Part shown: positions 8,362-17,016 of the stretch, in pieces
How the letters are laid out: each line of letters begins with the position of its first letter
Numbering within the stretch: the first letter of the stretch is position 1
Notes under the pieces: model-generated
What the model was told of the DNA's origin: nothing
The model's input: only the letters and a program-made list of their open reading frames with translations
Database searches by the model: none
DNA from: an uncultured Verrucomicrobiae bacterium
GTDB taxonomy: Bacteria > Verrucomicrobiota > Verrucomicrobiia > Chthoniobacterales > Chthoniobacteraceae
Reading direction: 5' to 3'
DNA length: 64,000 nucleotides
Assembly (NCBI GenBank): GCA_963836755.1
Contig: CAWIKF010000002.1
Coordinates: 1,472,001 to 1,536,000 of the forward strand
Position numbers and translations under genes: made by a program

Positions 8362-8469
8362 CATGCGATGCAGGTAACAGGCTCCGCGCCTCACGGTAGC
8401 TGCTCGCAGACCCGCCGTGGCAGCTACCGCGCCGCGCTCCGCCTGTAGCTGATCTTGTTCTCGCCGGGC
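8356..8469 (+). mobile_element. Terminal attC site 13 (R' degenerate, GCCGGGC)
   Basis: Arms nearly match attC1/attC2; last site before chromosomal genes. Confidence 0.85.
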
Positions 8470-8554
8470 GGCTCACACGCTTTTTACACCTGCAAATGAA
8501 AAGCCGCTGATCGCTTTCCATCGCCGCGCCTTTCGTATAGAGGAAAGCGCGCCA

Positions 8555-9427
8555 ATGGAATTCGAGATCACGCACACCACGCATTATCGCTACGGGAATC
8601 CGGCGGCGGAGGCTTATGGCGAGGCGCGGTTGACGCCGCCCGATTTGCCATCGCAAACAGTCGTAAAACATGCGTTGTCCATCGAGCCGGCGACGAGCAC
8701 GTCGCGCTACGTGGATCATTATGGAAATGCGGTGGACTTTTTTTCGCTGCCGTATTTGCACAAGAAATTGGTCGTGAAAAATGAGATGGTGGTCCGGACG
8801 CGCCCGCCGGTGCGCCCGGTCGAAAGTCTCGAGCTGACAGTGGGCGAGGCGCGGCAAATTTTTACTTCGGCGCTGCCCGATATTTTCGATTATCTCCAGC
8901 CGACGGAGATCGTGGAGATCGGGAGCAATCCGCTGCAATGGGCGCGAAAGTTTTTGCCGCCAAAAGCGGTGCTCGGCGAGGCGCTGCCGCGCTTGAATGC
9001 AGCGATCCACGAGAGCTTCGATTACGCGAAAGGCGCGACCGATAATTCGACGACCTTGTCGGCAATCTGGAAGCAGCGCAAAGGCGTCTGCCAGGATTTC
9101 GCGCACGTGGCGCTCAGTATTTTGCGCACCGCCGGACTGCCCGCGCGCTACGTCTGCGGCTACATCGAGACCGACCCGCCGCGTGATGGGACGGCGGCTT
9201 TGACCGGCGCCGTCGCGACGCACGCGTGGATCGAAGCGCTGGTGCCGGGGATGGTGTGGGTGGCGCTCGATCCGACGAATCGGCAGTGGATAAACGAGCG
9301 CTACGTGGCCGTCTCGTTCGGGCGCGACTCGCGTGACGCGACGCCGCTGCGCGGCACGTTCAAAGGCTCGGGCGGACAGAAGATGGATGTGAAAGTGGTG
9401 ATGAAAAGACGGGCGGAAAAAAAATGA
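8555..9427 (+). CDS. Transglutaminase-like protein
   Basis: Catalytic triad motifs GVCQDFAH, THAW and DPTN. Confidence 0.93.
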   Translation: MEFEITHTTHYRYGNPAAEAYGEARLTPPDLPSQTVVKHALSIEPATSTSRYVDHYGNAVDFFSLPYLHKKLVVKNEMVVRTRPPVRPVESLELTVGEARQIFTSALPDIFDYLQPTEIVEIGSNPLQWARKFLPPKAVLGEALPRLNAAIHESFDYAKGATDNSTTLSAIWKQRKGVCQDFAHVALSILRTAGLPARYVCGYIETDPPRDGTAALTGAVATHAWIEALVPGMVWVALDPTNRQWINERYVAVSFGRDSRDATPLRGTFKGSGGQKMDVKVVMKRRAEKK

Positions 9428-10263
9428 AAATCGAGGTGCGCTACGAGACGCAATACCGATACGAAAGCGAGGTCAGCTTTTCGCCGCACACGTTCCGGAT
9501 TTTTCCGAAGACGGACTATTTCGTGGCGATGGAAGCGATGAAATTTACGACGAACGAAGGCGCTTCCGTGCAGCATCGCCGCGACATTTTCGACAACCCG
9601 GTCGCGTTCTGTTTTTATCCTGTCAAGGGTCGCGACCTGCACGCGGAGCTGGCGATGACGCTGCAGCTGCGGGAGAGAAACGCGTTTGATTTTTTGCTCG
9701 AGGGACGCGCGACTGACTTTCCGTTCCGTTATCAAAGTGATGAACAGCGTGTGCTCGCGCCGTATTTGCAAACGTCGGGCGCGATCGATCTCGGTTTTTG
9801 GCACCCGGCCCGGAAGCCGACGGTGTTGGCGCTGGTGGAATTGAACGAGGCGCTGCATGACAATCTCGGCTACGAACGGCGCGACGAAGGGACGGCGCGA
9901 TCGCCCGCGGAGACTGTGGCAATCGGCTCTGGCGCCTGTCGCGACTTCGCGGTGCTGCTGGCGGAAACGTTGCGCGGGGAGGGGATCGCAGCGCGATTGG
10001 TGAGCGGATTTTTGTGCGAATTTGGCGAGGGGGAAAAGCGCGCGGAGGGAGCGATGCACGCGTGGACGGAAGCGTATTTGCCGGGCGCGGGCTGGGTTGG
10101 TCTCGATCCGACGAACGGAGTTTTTTGCAATCACAATCACATCACGACGGCCGTGGGACTTTTGCCGCGAGACGTGACGCCGGTGAGCGGCAGCTATTAT
10201 CACAAGACGCATGTCGCCGCGGAAATGAGCGCGAAGCTGGAGATGATTCCGTGCAAAGAGTGA
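9424..10263 (+). CDS. Transglutaminase-like protein
   Basis: GACRDFA, MHAW, DPTN; ATGA overlap with the upstream gene. Confidence 0.93.
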   Translation: MKIEVRYETQYRYESEVSFSPHTFRIFPKTDYFVAMEAMKFTTNEGASVQHRRDIFDNPVAFCFYPVKGRDLHAELAMTLQLRERNAFDFLLEGRATDFPFRYQSDEQRVLAPYLQTSGAIDLGFWHPARKPTVLALVELNEALHDNLGYERRDEGTARSPAETVAIGSGACRDFAVLLAETLRGEGIAARLVSGFLCEFGEGEKRAEGAMHAWTEAYLPGAGWVGLDPTNGVFCNHNHITTAVGLLPRDVTPVSGSYYHKTHVAAEMSAKLEMIPCKE

Positions 10264-12236
10264 AGTCCGGCACGGCCGAAGAGGTCGCGAAAAAAGTCAC
10301 CGCGCGGCTGCGCAAACTGCGCGTGCAGCTCACGCTCGGCGGCGAGCCAAGCTACGTGCCGGTCGAGCCGGAAGGGATGGAATGGAGCATCACGGCGCTC
10401 GGCCCCGAAAAGCTGCGATACGCGCACGCGCTGGCGGCGGAACTGGTGGAAAAAGTTTTGCCGGGCGCAGTCGTTTTCTTTTCGCCGGGGAAAACGTATC
10501 CGGGCGAAACCAATCCGCGCTGGGCGCTGCACCTGCTCTGGAATCAAGACGGCAAGCCGATCTTCGCCGCATCGCCCAATGCGAGAAAATTGACGACGCC
10601 CATGCTCAAGCGCGCGCTCGCGCTAGCGCTGAAGGTCGGGCCGAACTGGATTCGCGCGGTCGATCCGGACGCGCCGGAGCGGGAAATTTGGGTGCTTCCG
10701 CTCGATCACAACGGCAGAAAATGGGGCAGCGAAAAATGGCCTCTCGGCAAGCGGATCGAGCTGCTGCCGGGCAGCGCGCCCGCGGGACTTCGGCTGCCGT
10801 TGCACCTGCTGCCGGACGCGGCGCTCAAGCGCGCGCTCGTAGTCGAGCCTGGCGATGGCGCGCTGCACATTTTCTTCCCGCCGCTGCTTCAGCCGGCGTT
10901 TTCAAAGTTGCTGCACGTGTTTCACATTGTGCCGCAGGCGTTTTTCTCCGGCTACGTTCCCGACGATGAGGCTGGTGTGTGGGGAAAACTTTCACTCACA
11001 CCGGACCCGGGCGTGCTCGAGATCAATCTCCCGCCGTGCGCAGATGCCGCAGCCTATGGCCGCTGGCTCACCGATCTCGAGCGATGTGCGACCGCGGTTG
11101 GTTTACGCTCATTTAAACAGCGTGCATCGGGCGAAACAGCCGGCACCGGCGGCGGCAATCATCTTCTTTTTGGCGCGCCACCTTTCGCGCCAAACGCATT
11201 TTTCACCCGTCCGCGCTGGATCCCTGCGATAATGCGCTATTGGCAACGGCATCCGGCGCTCTCGTATTTGTTCACCGGCGACTATGTCGGCCCGTCGTCG
11301 CAGGCGCCGCGGCCCGACGAGTCGGCGAGCGCGCTTTACGATCTCGAGATGGCTTATCAGTTTCTGGAAAAACTTCCTGCCGGCCGCGACCATCGCCATC
11401 TCATCAGCGAAACGCTGCGGCATTTGCACACCGACGGCTCGGGCAACACCCACCGGAGCGAGGTTTCATTCGACAAGTTTTGGAACGTGAGCTCGCTGGG
11501 CGGCTGCCGCGGACTGATTGAATTCCGCGCCGTCGAAACAATGCCGCACGCCGAATGGATGGCCGCGGTCGCCGCGCTCTGGCACGCGCTGGCCGCGATG
11601 CTATTGGAGAAAAAAATCAAGGGCCCGCTGGTCGAGCACGGCAGCAGACTGCACGATTATTTTTTCCTGCCAAACCTGCTCTGGAGCGACTTTGAGGAAG
11701 TCCTGCACGATCTGCGCGCGGCTGGATTTGATTTTGCGCCCGACATTTTCCGCGAGATATGGAACTGGCGTTTTCCGTTTATGCTCAACTTTGAAAACGA
11801 CGGCGCGGGACTCATGGTGCGCAAGGCGCTCGAGGGCTGGCCGCTGCTTTGCGAGACGCCGCTCGAAGGCGGATCGACGAGCCGCTTCGTCGACACGTCC
11901 ATGGAGCGGCTGGAGTTTTTTGCGAACAAACATTTCCTGACGCGACATCGTATCTTCGTCGAAGGGCGCGAGCTGGCGCTCCAGCCGCTGCCCGCGGGCG
12001 ACTACGGCGCGGGTCTCCGCTACCGCCGCACGGCGCTGCATCCCTCGCTTCATCCGGGCATTGCGCCGCACATGCCGCTTCGGCTGGAAATCGCTTCCGG
12101 TGCGCAGAGTTGGAACTTTCGACTCGAGCCGGGCAAGCGGGAGTTTCAATCAAGCGCTGCCCGCCCGCCGAAACGTCGCTCGCCTTGCAAAAAGCTGCAT
12201 CCCGAGCTGCTGACCTACGACCTTCGTCTGGCGTGA
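10260..12236 (+). CDS. DUF2126 putative amidoligase
   Basis: LTLGGEP, TPDPGVLEIN, GTGGGNH, HPALSYLF, SQAPRPDE, GNTHRSE and GLIEFRA motifs. The GTG start overlaps the upstream TGA. Confidence 0.88.
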   Translation: MKSGTAEEVAKKVTARLRKLRVQLTLGGEPSYVPVEPEGMEWSITALGPEKLRYAHALAAELVEKVLPGAVVFFSPGKTYPGETNPRWALHLLWNQDGKPIFAASPNARKLTTPMLKRALALALKVGPNWIRAVDPDAPEREIWVLPLDHNGRKWGSEKWPLGKRIELLPGSAPAGLRLPLHLLPDAALKRALVVEPGDGALHIFFPPLLQPAFSKLLHVFHIVPQAFFSGYVPDDEAGVWGKLSLTPDPGVLEINLPPCADAAAYGRWLTDLERCATAVGLRSFKQRASGETAGTGGGNHLLFGAPPFAPNAFFTRPRWIPAIMRYWQRHPALSYLFTGDYVGPSSQAPRPDESASALYDLEMAYQFLEKLPAGRDHRHLISETLRHLHTDGSGNTHRSEVSFDKFWNVSSLGGCRGLIEFRAVETMPHAEWMAAVAALWHALAAMLLEKKIKGPLVEHGSRLHDYFFLPNLLWSDFEEVLHDLRAAGFDFAPDIFREIWNWRFPFMLNFENDGAGLMVRKALEGWPLLCETPLEGGSTSRFVDTSMERLEFFANKHFLTRHRIFVEGRELALQPLPAGDYGAGLRYRRTALHPSLHPGIAPHMPLRLEIASGAQSWNFRLEPGKREFQSSAARPPKRRSPCKKLHPELLTYDLRLA

Positions 12237-12249
12237 CCGTGCGAAAAAA

Positions 12250-12321
12250 TGGGCAGTGAGGGGATCGAACCCCCGACCAACTCGGTGTAAACGAGCCGCT
12301 CTACCGCTGAGCTAACTGCCC
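12250..12321 (-). tRNA. tRNA-Val(TAC)
   Basis: Reverse complement GGGCAGTTAGCTCAGCGGTAGAGCGGCTCGTTTACACCGAGTTGGTCGGGGGTTCGATCCCCTCACTGCCCA folds as a cloverleaf with anticodon TAC. Confidence 0.97.
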
Positions 12322-12533
12322 TGAGTGATTCACGACGTCGCGCCTTGCACGCTGCATCGGGGCGAGCCTTTCTCGCTGGTCAACATCGGGCGTCTACTAT
12401 GCGATGGACCGCCATCAGGGCAAGTGGATTCGACGCGGTCATCAGACCGACGACAGGGGCTGCGTCGCCGCGCGACACGGCTTGTGACCTCAGGGCAAGG
12501 TCGTGCGGCGCAAAAATCTCAGGCAGAAAACTG

Positions 12534-12752
12534 CTACATCGAGTCGAACCTTGCAGCGGCGCGAGCGTCTTCGCGTTCGCCGCGTTCCTGCCAGCGATCC
12601 TGACGGGCGGAGGTGCGGGAATCCATGCGGTCCTGGCGATTATCGAGGCCAGAGGCGCGCGCGTCTTGCACTCCGTGCGTGGAGCAGGCGGGGAGCAGGA
12701 TAAAAGTGCCGAGGAGTGCGACAGCGGTGATGAGAGCGGCGAGTGATTTCAT
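12534..12752 (-). CDS. Small hydrophilic lipoprotein
   Basis: Signal peptide with LPAC lipobox; R/D/Q-rich mature part. Confidence 0.65.
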   Translation of the reverse strand: MKSLAALITAVALLGTFILLPACSTHGVQDARASGLDNRQDRMDSRTSARQDRWQERGEREDARAAARFDSM

Positions 12753-12875
12753 AGTGGAGGACGGATCATGCCTTGCGTTTCGCGGCGCGGAGCGGGCACC
12801 TTGCAGTCGTCGACGATGGCGGTGAGTGGCGTGGGCATTGCAAGGGAAAGGTGACGGTTTATGCGAACCGTTAAA

Positions 12876-12891
12876 TCGGACTTTGGTCGTA
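12876..12891 (-). promoter_or_regulatory. Palindromic box 1
   Basis: TCGGAC-TTTG-GTCGTA upstream of the gene starting at 12752. Confidence 0.75.
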
Positions 12892-12985
12892 TGCGTATTC
12901 GCTGCGCTGCCGCCAGCTCAAGATCCCAGTCTGCGGATCCCCAAGCTTAAAGCGGTGACCGCCTATCCTTGCCCGCCGAGCAGCA

Positions 12986-14707
12986 TCAGATCGCGGGAAC
13001 TTTCTGAAAATCGTCGATCGCATCGGCGAGCATGGTGAAGCGGTCGATGCGCCCAATCTTTTCCTCGATGCCTTCGATGCGAAGGATGTCTCGGACGCTC
13101 GAACGCGCTTCGACGAGACGCAAGACGATCCCGCGCTTGGCGATTTCCGCCTGCAGGTTCAGGAACATCCGCGCGCCCGCCATATCCATATTCGGCGAAG
13201 TCGAGAGATCGCCGATGACCAGACGCATCGTTTCACGCGCAGCGTCCAGCCGCGCGATCACGGCATCGAAGATGTGCTCGGCGTTAAAGTAGACGATCGG
13301 CGACTCGACTCGGAACGCGAGAACGCCAGCGATCGGTTCGTTCGACGAATGCCGCTCGAGATCGGAGTAACGCCGCGTGCCGGGGATGCGACCGAGAAAC
13401 GCGACGTGCGGCGCCGACGCCCGGCGGATCAGGCGCACCAGCGAAATAATCGCGCCAAGCATCACCCCTTGCAGCAGGCCGGCCCAGAGCACACCGGCGA
13501 GCGCGGCCATTGCCACCACAAATTCGCCCGTGTGATACTGCCATAGCCTTTTCAGCGCCTTCACTTTGACGAGGCTCGCCACCGCCATCAGCACCACGGC
13601 GGCGAGCACCGGCTGCGGCAGGTTGCGAAGCAGTTCGGTAAAAAAAAGCGCGACGATGAGCATGAGCCCGGTCGCGATTAGCCCGGACAGCGGCGTGCGC
13701 GCGCCGCCGCTTTCATTGACCAACGATTGCGACATGCCGCCGCTGATCGGGAATCCGTGACCCAGCCCGGATGCAAGGTTCGCAGCAGCGAGCCCGAGAA
13801 ACTCCCGGTTGCTGTCGATCCGGTAGCCGTGTTTCTCGGCAAACATTCGCCCGATCGCCGCCGTCTCAACCGCGCCGAGGAGGAAGCACGCAAGAGCCAA
13901 CGGCATCAGCTCGCGGACGGCCTGAGAGTTGACGGCCGGGAGCGACGGGATTGGCAGGCCCCTTGGCACCGGACCCAAAAGTTTCACCCCTTGCGCGCCA
14001 AAGTCGATGAACGATGCCGCTGCGATTCCGCCGATGACGACGAAGAGCGCGACCGGTTTGTTCGGCAGCAGTTTCTTGCCGAGAATCAGCACCGCGAGCG
14101 CGGCGCCGCCGAGCAGGAGCGACGTGCGGTTCGTCTCGCCGATGTGCTGGAGGAAAATTTGAATCCGTTCCCAGAAATCTCCGTGCCCGCCTTTCACGCC
14201 AAAGAGCTTCGGCAATTGCGTGCTCGCGAGGTGCAGCGCGACGCCCGCTTTGAAGCCGAGCATCACGCTTTCCGAGATGAAATTCACCGCCGAGCCCGCG
14301 CGCGCCAGCCACGCAAGAAACGCGATCGCTGCCACCAGCATCGCGGTGCAAGCCGCAAGAGCTGAGTAGCGCCCCGGATCGCCATGCGCCATGCCTCCGA
14401 TCGACGAGCCGATGAGGAGCGAGATCGCCGATGTGACCGTGATCGCCGTTTGCCGCGAACTGCAAAAGAGCCACCAGACAAGCCCGCCGAAAAGACACGC
14501 GTAGATTCCCGCCTGGGGCGGCAACCCGGCCAGCGACGCATCACCGAGCGCTGCCGGCAGCAGATACGCCGCGAGCGTCACGCCCGCCGCGAGGTCCGGT
14601 CGAAAGGATTGGCAATCGTAGCTCGGCAGCCAACGCGCCGCAAAAATCATCCCGCGCCACCGGCTCGGGACTGCAGCCGTGTCAGCGTTGGCAGCGATCG
14701 CGGTCAT
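12986..14707 (-). CDS. SulP family anion transporter with STAS domain
   Basis: DLAAGVTLA, GLPPQAGIY, GGMSQSLVN; C-terminal STAS domain. Confidence 0.93.
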   Translation of the reverse strand: MTAIAANADTAAVPSRWRGMIFAARWLPSYDCQSFRPDLAAGVTLAAYLLPAALGDASLAGLPPQAGIYACLFGGLVWWLFCSSRQTAITVTSAISLLIGSSIGGMAHGDPGRYSALAACTAMLVAAIAFLAWLARAGSAVNFISESVMLGFKAGVALHLASTQLPKLFGVKGGHGDFWERIQIFLQHIGETNRTSLLLGGAALAVLILGKKLLPNKPVALFVVIGGIAAASFIDFGAQGVKLLGPVPRGLPIPSLPAVNSQAVRELMPLALACFLLGAVETAAIGRMFAEKHGYRIDSNREFLGLAAANLASGLGHGFPISGGMSQSLVNESGGARTPLSGLIATGLMLIVALFFTELLRNLPQPVLAAVVLMAVASLVKVKALKRLWQYHTGEFVVAMAALAGVLWAGLLQGVMLGAIISLVRLIRRASAPHVAFLGRIPGTRRYSDLERHSSNEPIAGVLAFRVESPIVYFNAEHIFDAVIARLDAARETMRLVIGDLSTSPNMDMAGARMFLNLQAEIAKRGIVLRLVEARSSVRDILRIEGIEEKIGRIDRFTMLADAIDDFQKVPAI

Positions 14708-14782
14708 GTTCTTTGTCGCCGGGATCGATGTCGGTGGATTTCATCGTGTGGCGACTCCGGGCTCTTGCGAAAACGCGCGACG

Positions 14783-14980
14783 CTATTTGCCTTCCATGAA
14801 TGCCCGGAGTTCCTCGTCCTTATCCTTGGTCAGCGAAGTCTGGAGAACTTTGCCTTTGCCGGCAAAGGGCTTGAGCGCTTCGAGCACTTTGTCGGGCGTC
14901 GATTTGCGCACGAGGACGAAGAGCGCGGAGGTGCCGGTCCGCGTCGCGCCGAGGTCTTTCATGACGACGAGGTTGCTCAT
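14783..14980 (-). pseudogene. DUF1269-like protein with large internal deletion
   Basis: MSNLVV is joined directly to the C-terminal GTSALFVLVRKSTPDKVL...VLQTSL; the Gly-rich core is missing. Confidence 0.65.
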
Positions 14981-15015
14981 GCCGCAATCATGCAAATCCG
15001 TGCGCGGCCGGGGTA

Positions 15016-15031
15016 TCGGACCTAGGTCTTA
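15016..15031 (-). promoter_or_regulatory. Palindromic box 2
   Basis: TCGGAC-CTAG-GTCTTA. Confidence 0.82.
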
Positions 15032-15075
15032 CGCCACAAGCTGTTGGTTTTCTCGGTCAGCTTGCGGGCGACGGT

Positions 15076-15891
15076 TCAATACTTTTCCGGCACAAACTTT
15101 CTTCCCTTCAGCGCGGCCGCGTCGTCGTATGCGCCTTTCTTCGAGCGGTCGGGGAGTTTGATCTTTTCGCGCGGGACTTTCTTGTGAGGGATGAGGCTGA
15201 GGATGTGCGCGAGGCAGTTCAGGCGCGCGCGTTTCTTGTCGTCGGAACGCAGGATGTGCCAGGGCGCATGCTTCGTGTCGGTGGCGTCGAGCATCAGGTC
15301 GCGGGCGCGCGAATACTCATACCACTTGCTCCGCGAAGGAAGATCCATCGGGCTGAGTTTCCACTGGCGGAGCGGATCGTCGATGCGCGCCTCGAAGCGG
15401 CGCTTCTGTTCCTCGTCGCTGGAATCGAGCCAGATTTTGATGAGCTGGATCCCGTTCTCGACCACGAATTTTTCCACATCGGGACAGATCTCGAGGAAGC
15501 GCTTGTGCTGCTCCTTCGTGCAGAAGCCCATCACATACTCGACGCCCGCGCGGTTATACCAACTGCGGTCGAAAATTACGATCTCCCCCGCCGCCGGAAA
15601 ATGCGCCATGTAACGCTGCAAATACATCTGCGACTTCTCGCGCTCGGATGGCGCCGGCAGCGCGACGGTGCGAAACACGCGTGGGCTGACCCGCTCGGTA
15701 AGGGCGCGAATGGTGCCGCCTTTGCCCGCCGCGTCGCGGCCCTCGAAGACGATGATCACGCGGAGACCCTTGTGTTTTACCCACTCCTGGAGGTGGCAGA
15801 GCTCGCCCTGGAGCTTGCGCAGTTCCTTCATGTATTCCTTCGACTTTAGTTTTTCGGATTTTGCGTCGTGGGTTTTGTCATTCTTGCTCAT
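15076..15891 (-). CDS. ppk2: Polyphosphate kinase 2
   Basis: FEGRDAAGKGG, FDRSWYNRAGVE, WKLSPMD. Confidence 0.95.
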   Translation of the reverse strand: MSKNDKTHDAKSEKLKSKEYMKELRKLQGELCHLQEWVKHKGLRVIIVFEGRDAAGKGGTIRALTERVSPRVFRTVALPAPSEREKSQMYLQRYMAHFPAAGEIVIFDRSWYNRAGVEYVMGFCTKEQHKRFLEICPDVEKFVVENGIQLIKIWLDSSDEEQKRRFEARIDDPLRQWKLSPMDLPSRSKWYEYSRARDLMLDATDTKHAPWHILRSDDKKRARLNCLAHILSLIPHKKVPREKIKLPDRSKKGAYDDAAALKGRKFVPEKY

Positions 15892-16013
15892 GATTTTCTT
15901 GCGCGGCGAGATTTGGACGGTTGTCAGGCTTCGAAAAGGGCGGTCGTTCGGCCACTTGGCTGGAACTGCTGACACCCGTTCTCAGTTTCCCCGCAGTGGA
16001 CCGGCTGCGGCTA

Positions 16014-16029
16014 TCGGACCTTGGTCTTA
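16014..16029 (-). promoter_or_regulatory. Palindromic box 3
   Basis: TCGGAC-CTTG-GTCTTA upstream of ppk2. Confidence 0.82.
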
Positions 16030-16102
16030 CCCGTGCAGGGGAACGGCTTACGTGCCGACGTTTCCGCGGCAGCGCGCTTTTTCACTTGGTGCGATTTTTA
16101 AC

Positions 16103-16581
16103 CTACGGCAGCCGGCCGCCGCAACGGCTACAGAAGCGCGCATCGCGGTCGCCTTCGGGGTCGTGGCACTCGGCGCAAATCCACCTTTCTTTGCTCAGCA
16201 CCGTCTGACGCAATTCCATCGAAAGATCCCGGTCGGCACCGCGATGATCCCGTAGCCCATGATCATGATAAAGCAGGCGAGAATGCGACCGGGCACCGTG
16301 TGCGGAGTCACGTCGCTGTAGCCGACGGTCGTGAGGGTGACGATCGCCCAAAGACGCCGCGTGGGATGCTATCAAAACCATTCTCGGCGCCTTCCACCAG
16401 ATACATCTAGGACCACCGCGAGGATGAATGAGAGGAAGATCGCGATCTTGCGCCGGCTGGCATAGAGCAGGCAAATGTCGAACAACTTCCCTCCGCGCGT
16501 CCCGCTCTCGAAGATGATGAGGTAAAGGCGACGCTTCTAAGCGGGCTGATCGCTGCTTCGGCGATTTCGGGAAGACGGCAT
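16103..16581 (-). pseudogene. Ion transporter/K+ channel pseudogene
   Basis: Fragments in different frames: [41 protein letters not shown], and a C-terminal Zn-ribbon FCSRCG. Confidence 0.75.
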
Positions 16582-16639
16582 CTGCTATGGCTCCCGAGCG
16601 GTCGAACTGCATCGCGGCGATGAGCGTGCCGTAATTTGG

Positions 16640-16928
16640 AATAAAAAGTAACCATTCACCTCCTTCGGATTTTTCCGAATGATCCGCTCGGCAATTCGCA
16701 CTAAAAAATCGATCCCGCCCGCAACCTCCATCGCCGAGGCAGCCATGATCACAGTCAGCACAATGAGCAGCACCTCGCCGGGAATTGCCGCCGGCGCGAT
16801 GTCAAAGCCGACAACCAGCACGAGCAATCCCGCTGCGCCCCAGAGGCCAAGTCCCACACCGCCATGCATGCGCCCATTATGAGTGCGCCAAGGATCACTA
16901 GGAATTCCAGGATAAGTCTGATCTCCAT
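16640..16928 (-). pseudogene. Anaerobic C4-dicarboxylate transporter (Dcu) 5' fragment
   Basis: Frameshifted N-terminus: LGALIMGA / GGVGLGLWG...AASAMEVAGGIDFLVRIAERIIRKNPK. Confidence 0.75.
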
Positions 16929-17016
16929 CGGCGGGTGAATGATCCGCAAATCCGACGCCATACACCTTCCGTTGCCAAGTCCGCCGCACTGCCGCGCCGC
17001 ACCGAGAATCGGACGC

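Larger units (their letters stand above)
1..8469 (+). mobile_element. Integron-type gene cassette array (distal part; intI/attI not in window)
   Basis: Short co-oriented ORFs are each followed by an imperfect palindrome bounded by RYYYAAC and GTTRRRY. The bases starting each cassette are usually complementary to the R'' end of that cassette's own attC. Confidence 0.93.

Noticed and set aside
167..8469. Recurring CTAACCATGCGATGCAGC repeats as a CRISPR array
   Set aside because: The intervals are whole genes of variable length, and the repeats have attC structure. There are no cas genes.
10014..10259. N-terminal extension of the DUF2126 ORF
   Set aside because: It overlaps the transglutaminase gene; the GTG at 10260 overlapping the stop codon is the more plausible start.
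12250..12280. Similarity between the tRNA-Val 3' end and the tmRNA 3' end as island att repeats
   Set aside because: It is explained by shared T-arm consensus. The tRNA is complete and its 3' end points away from the block.
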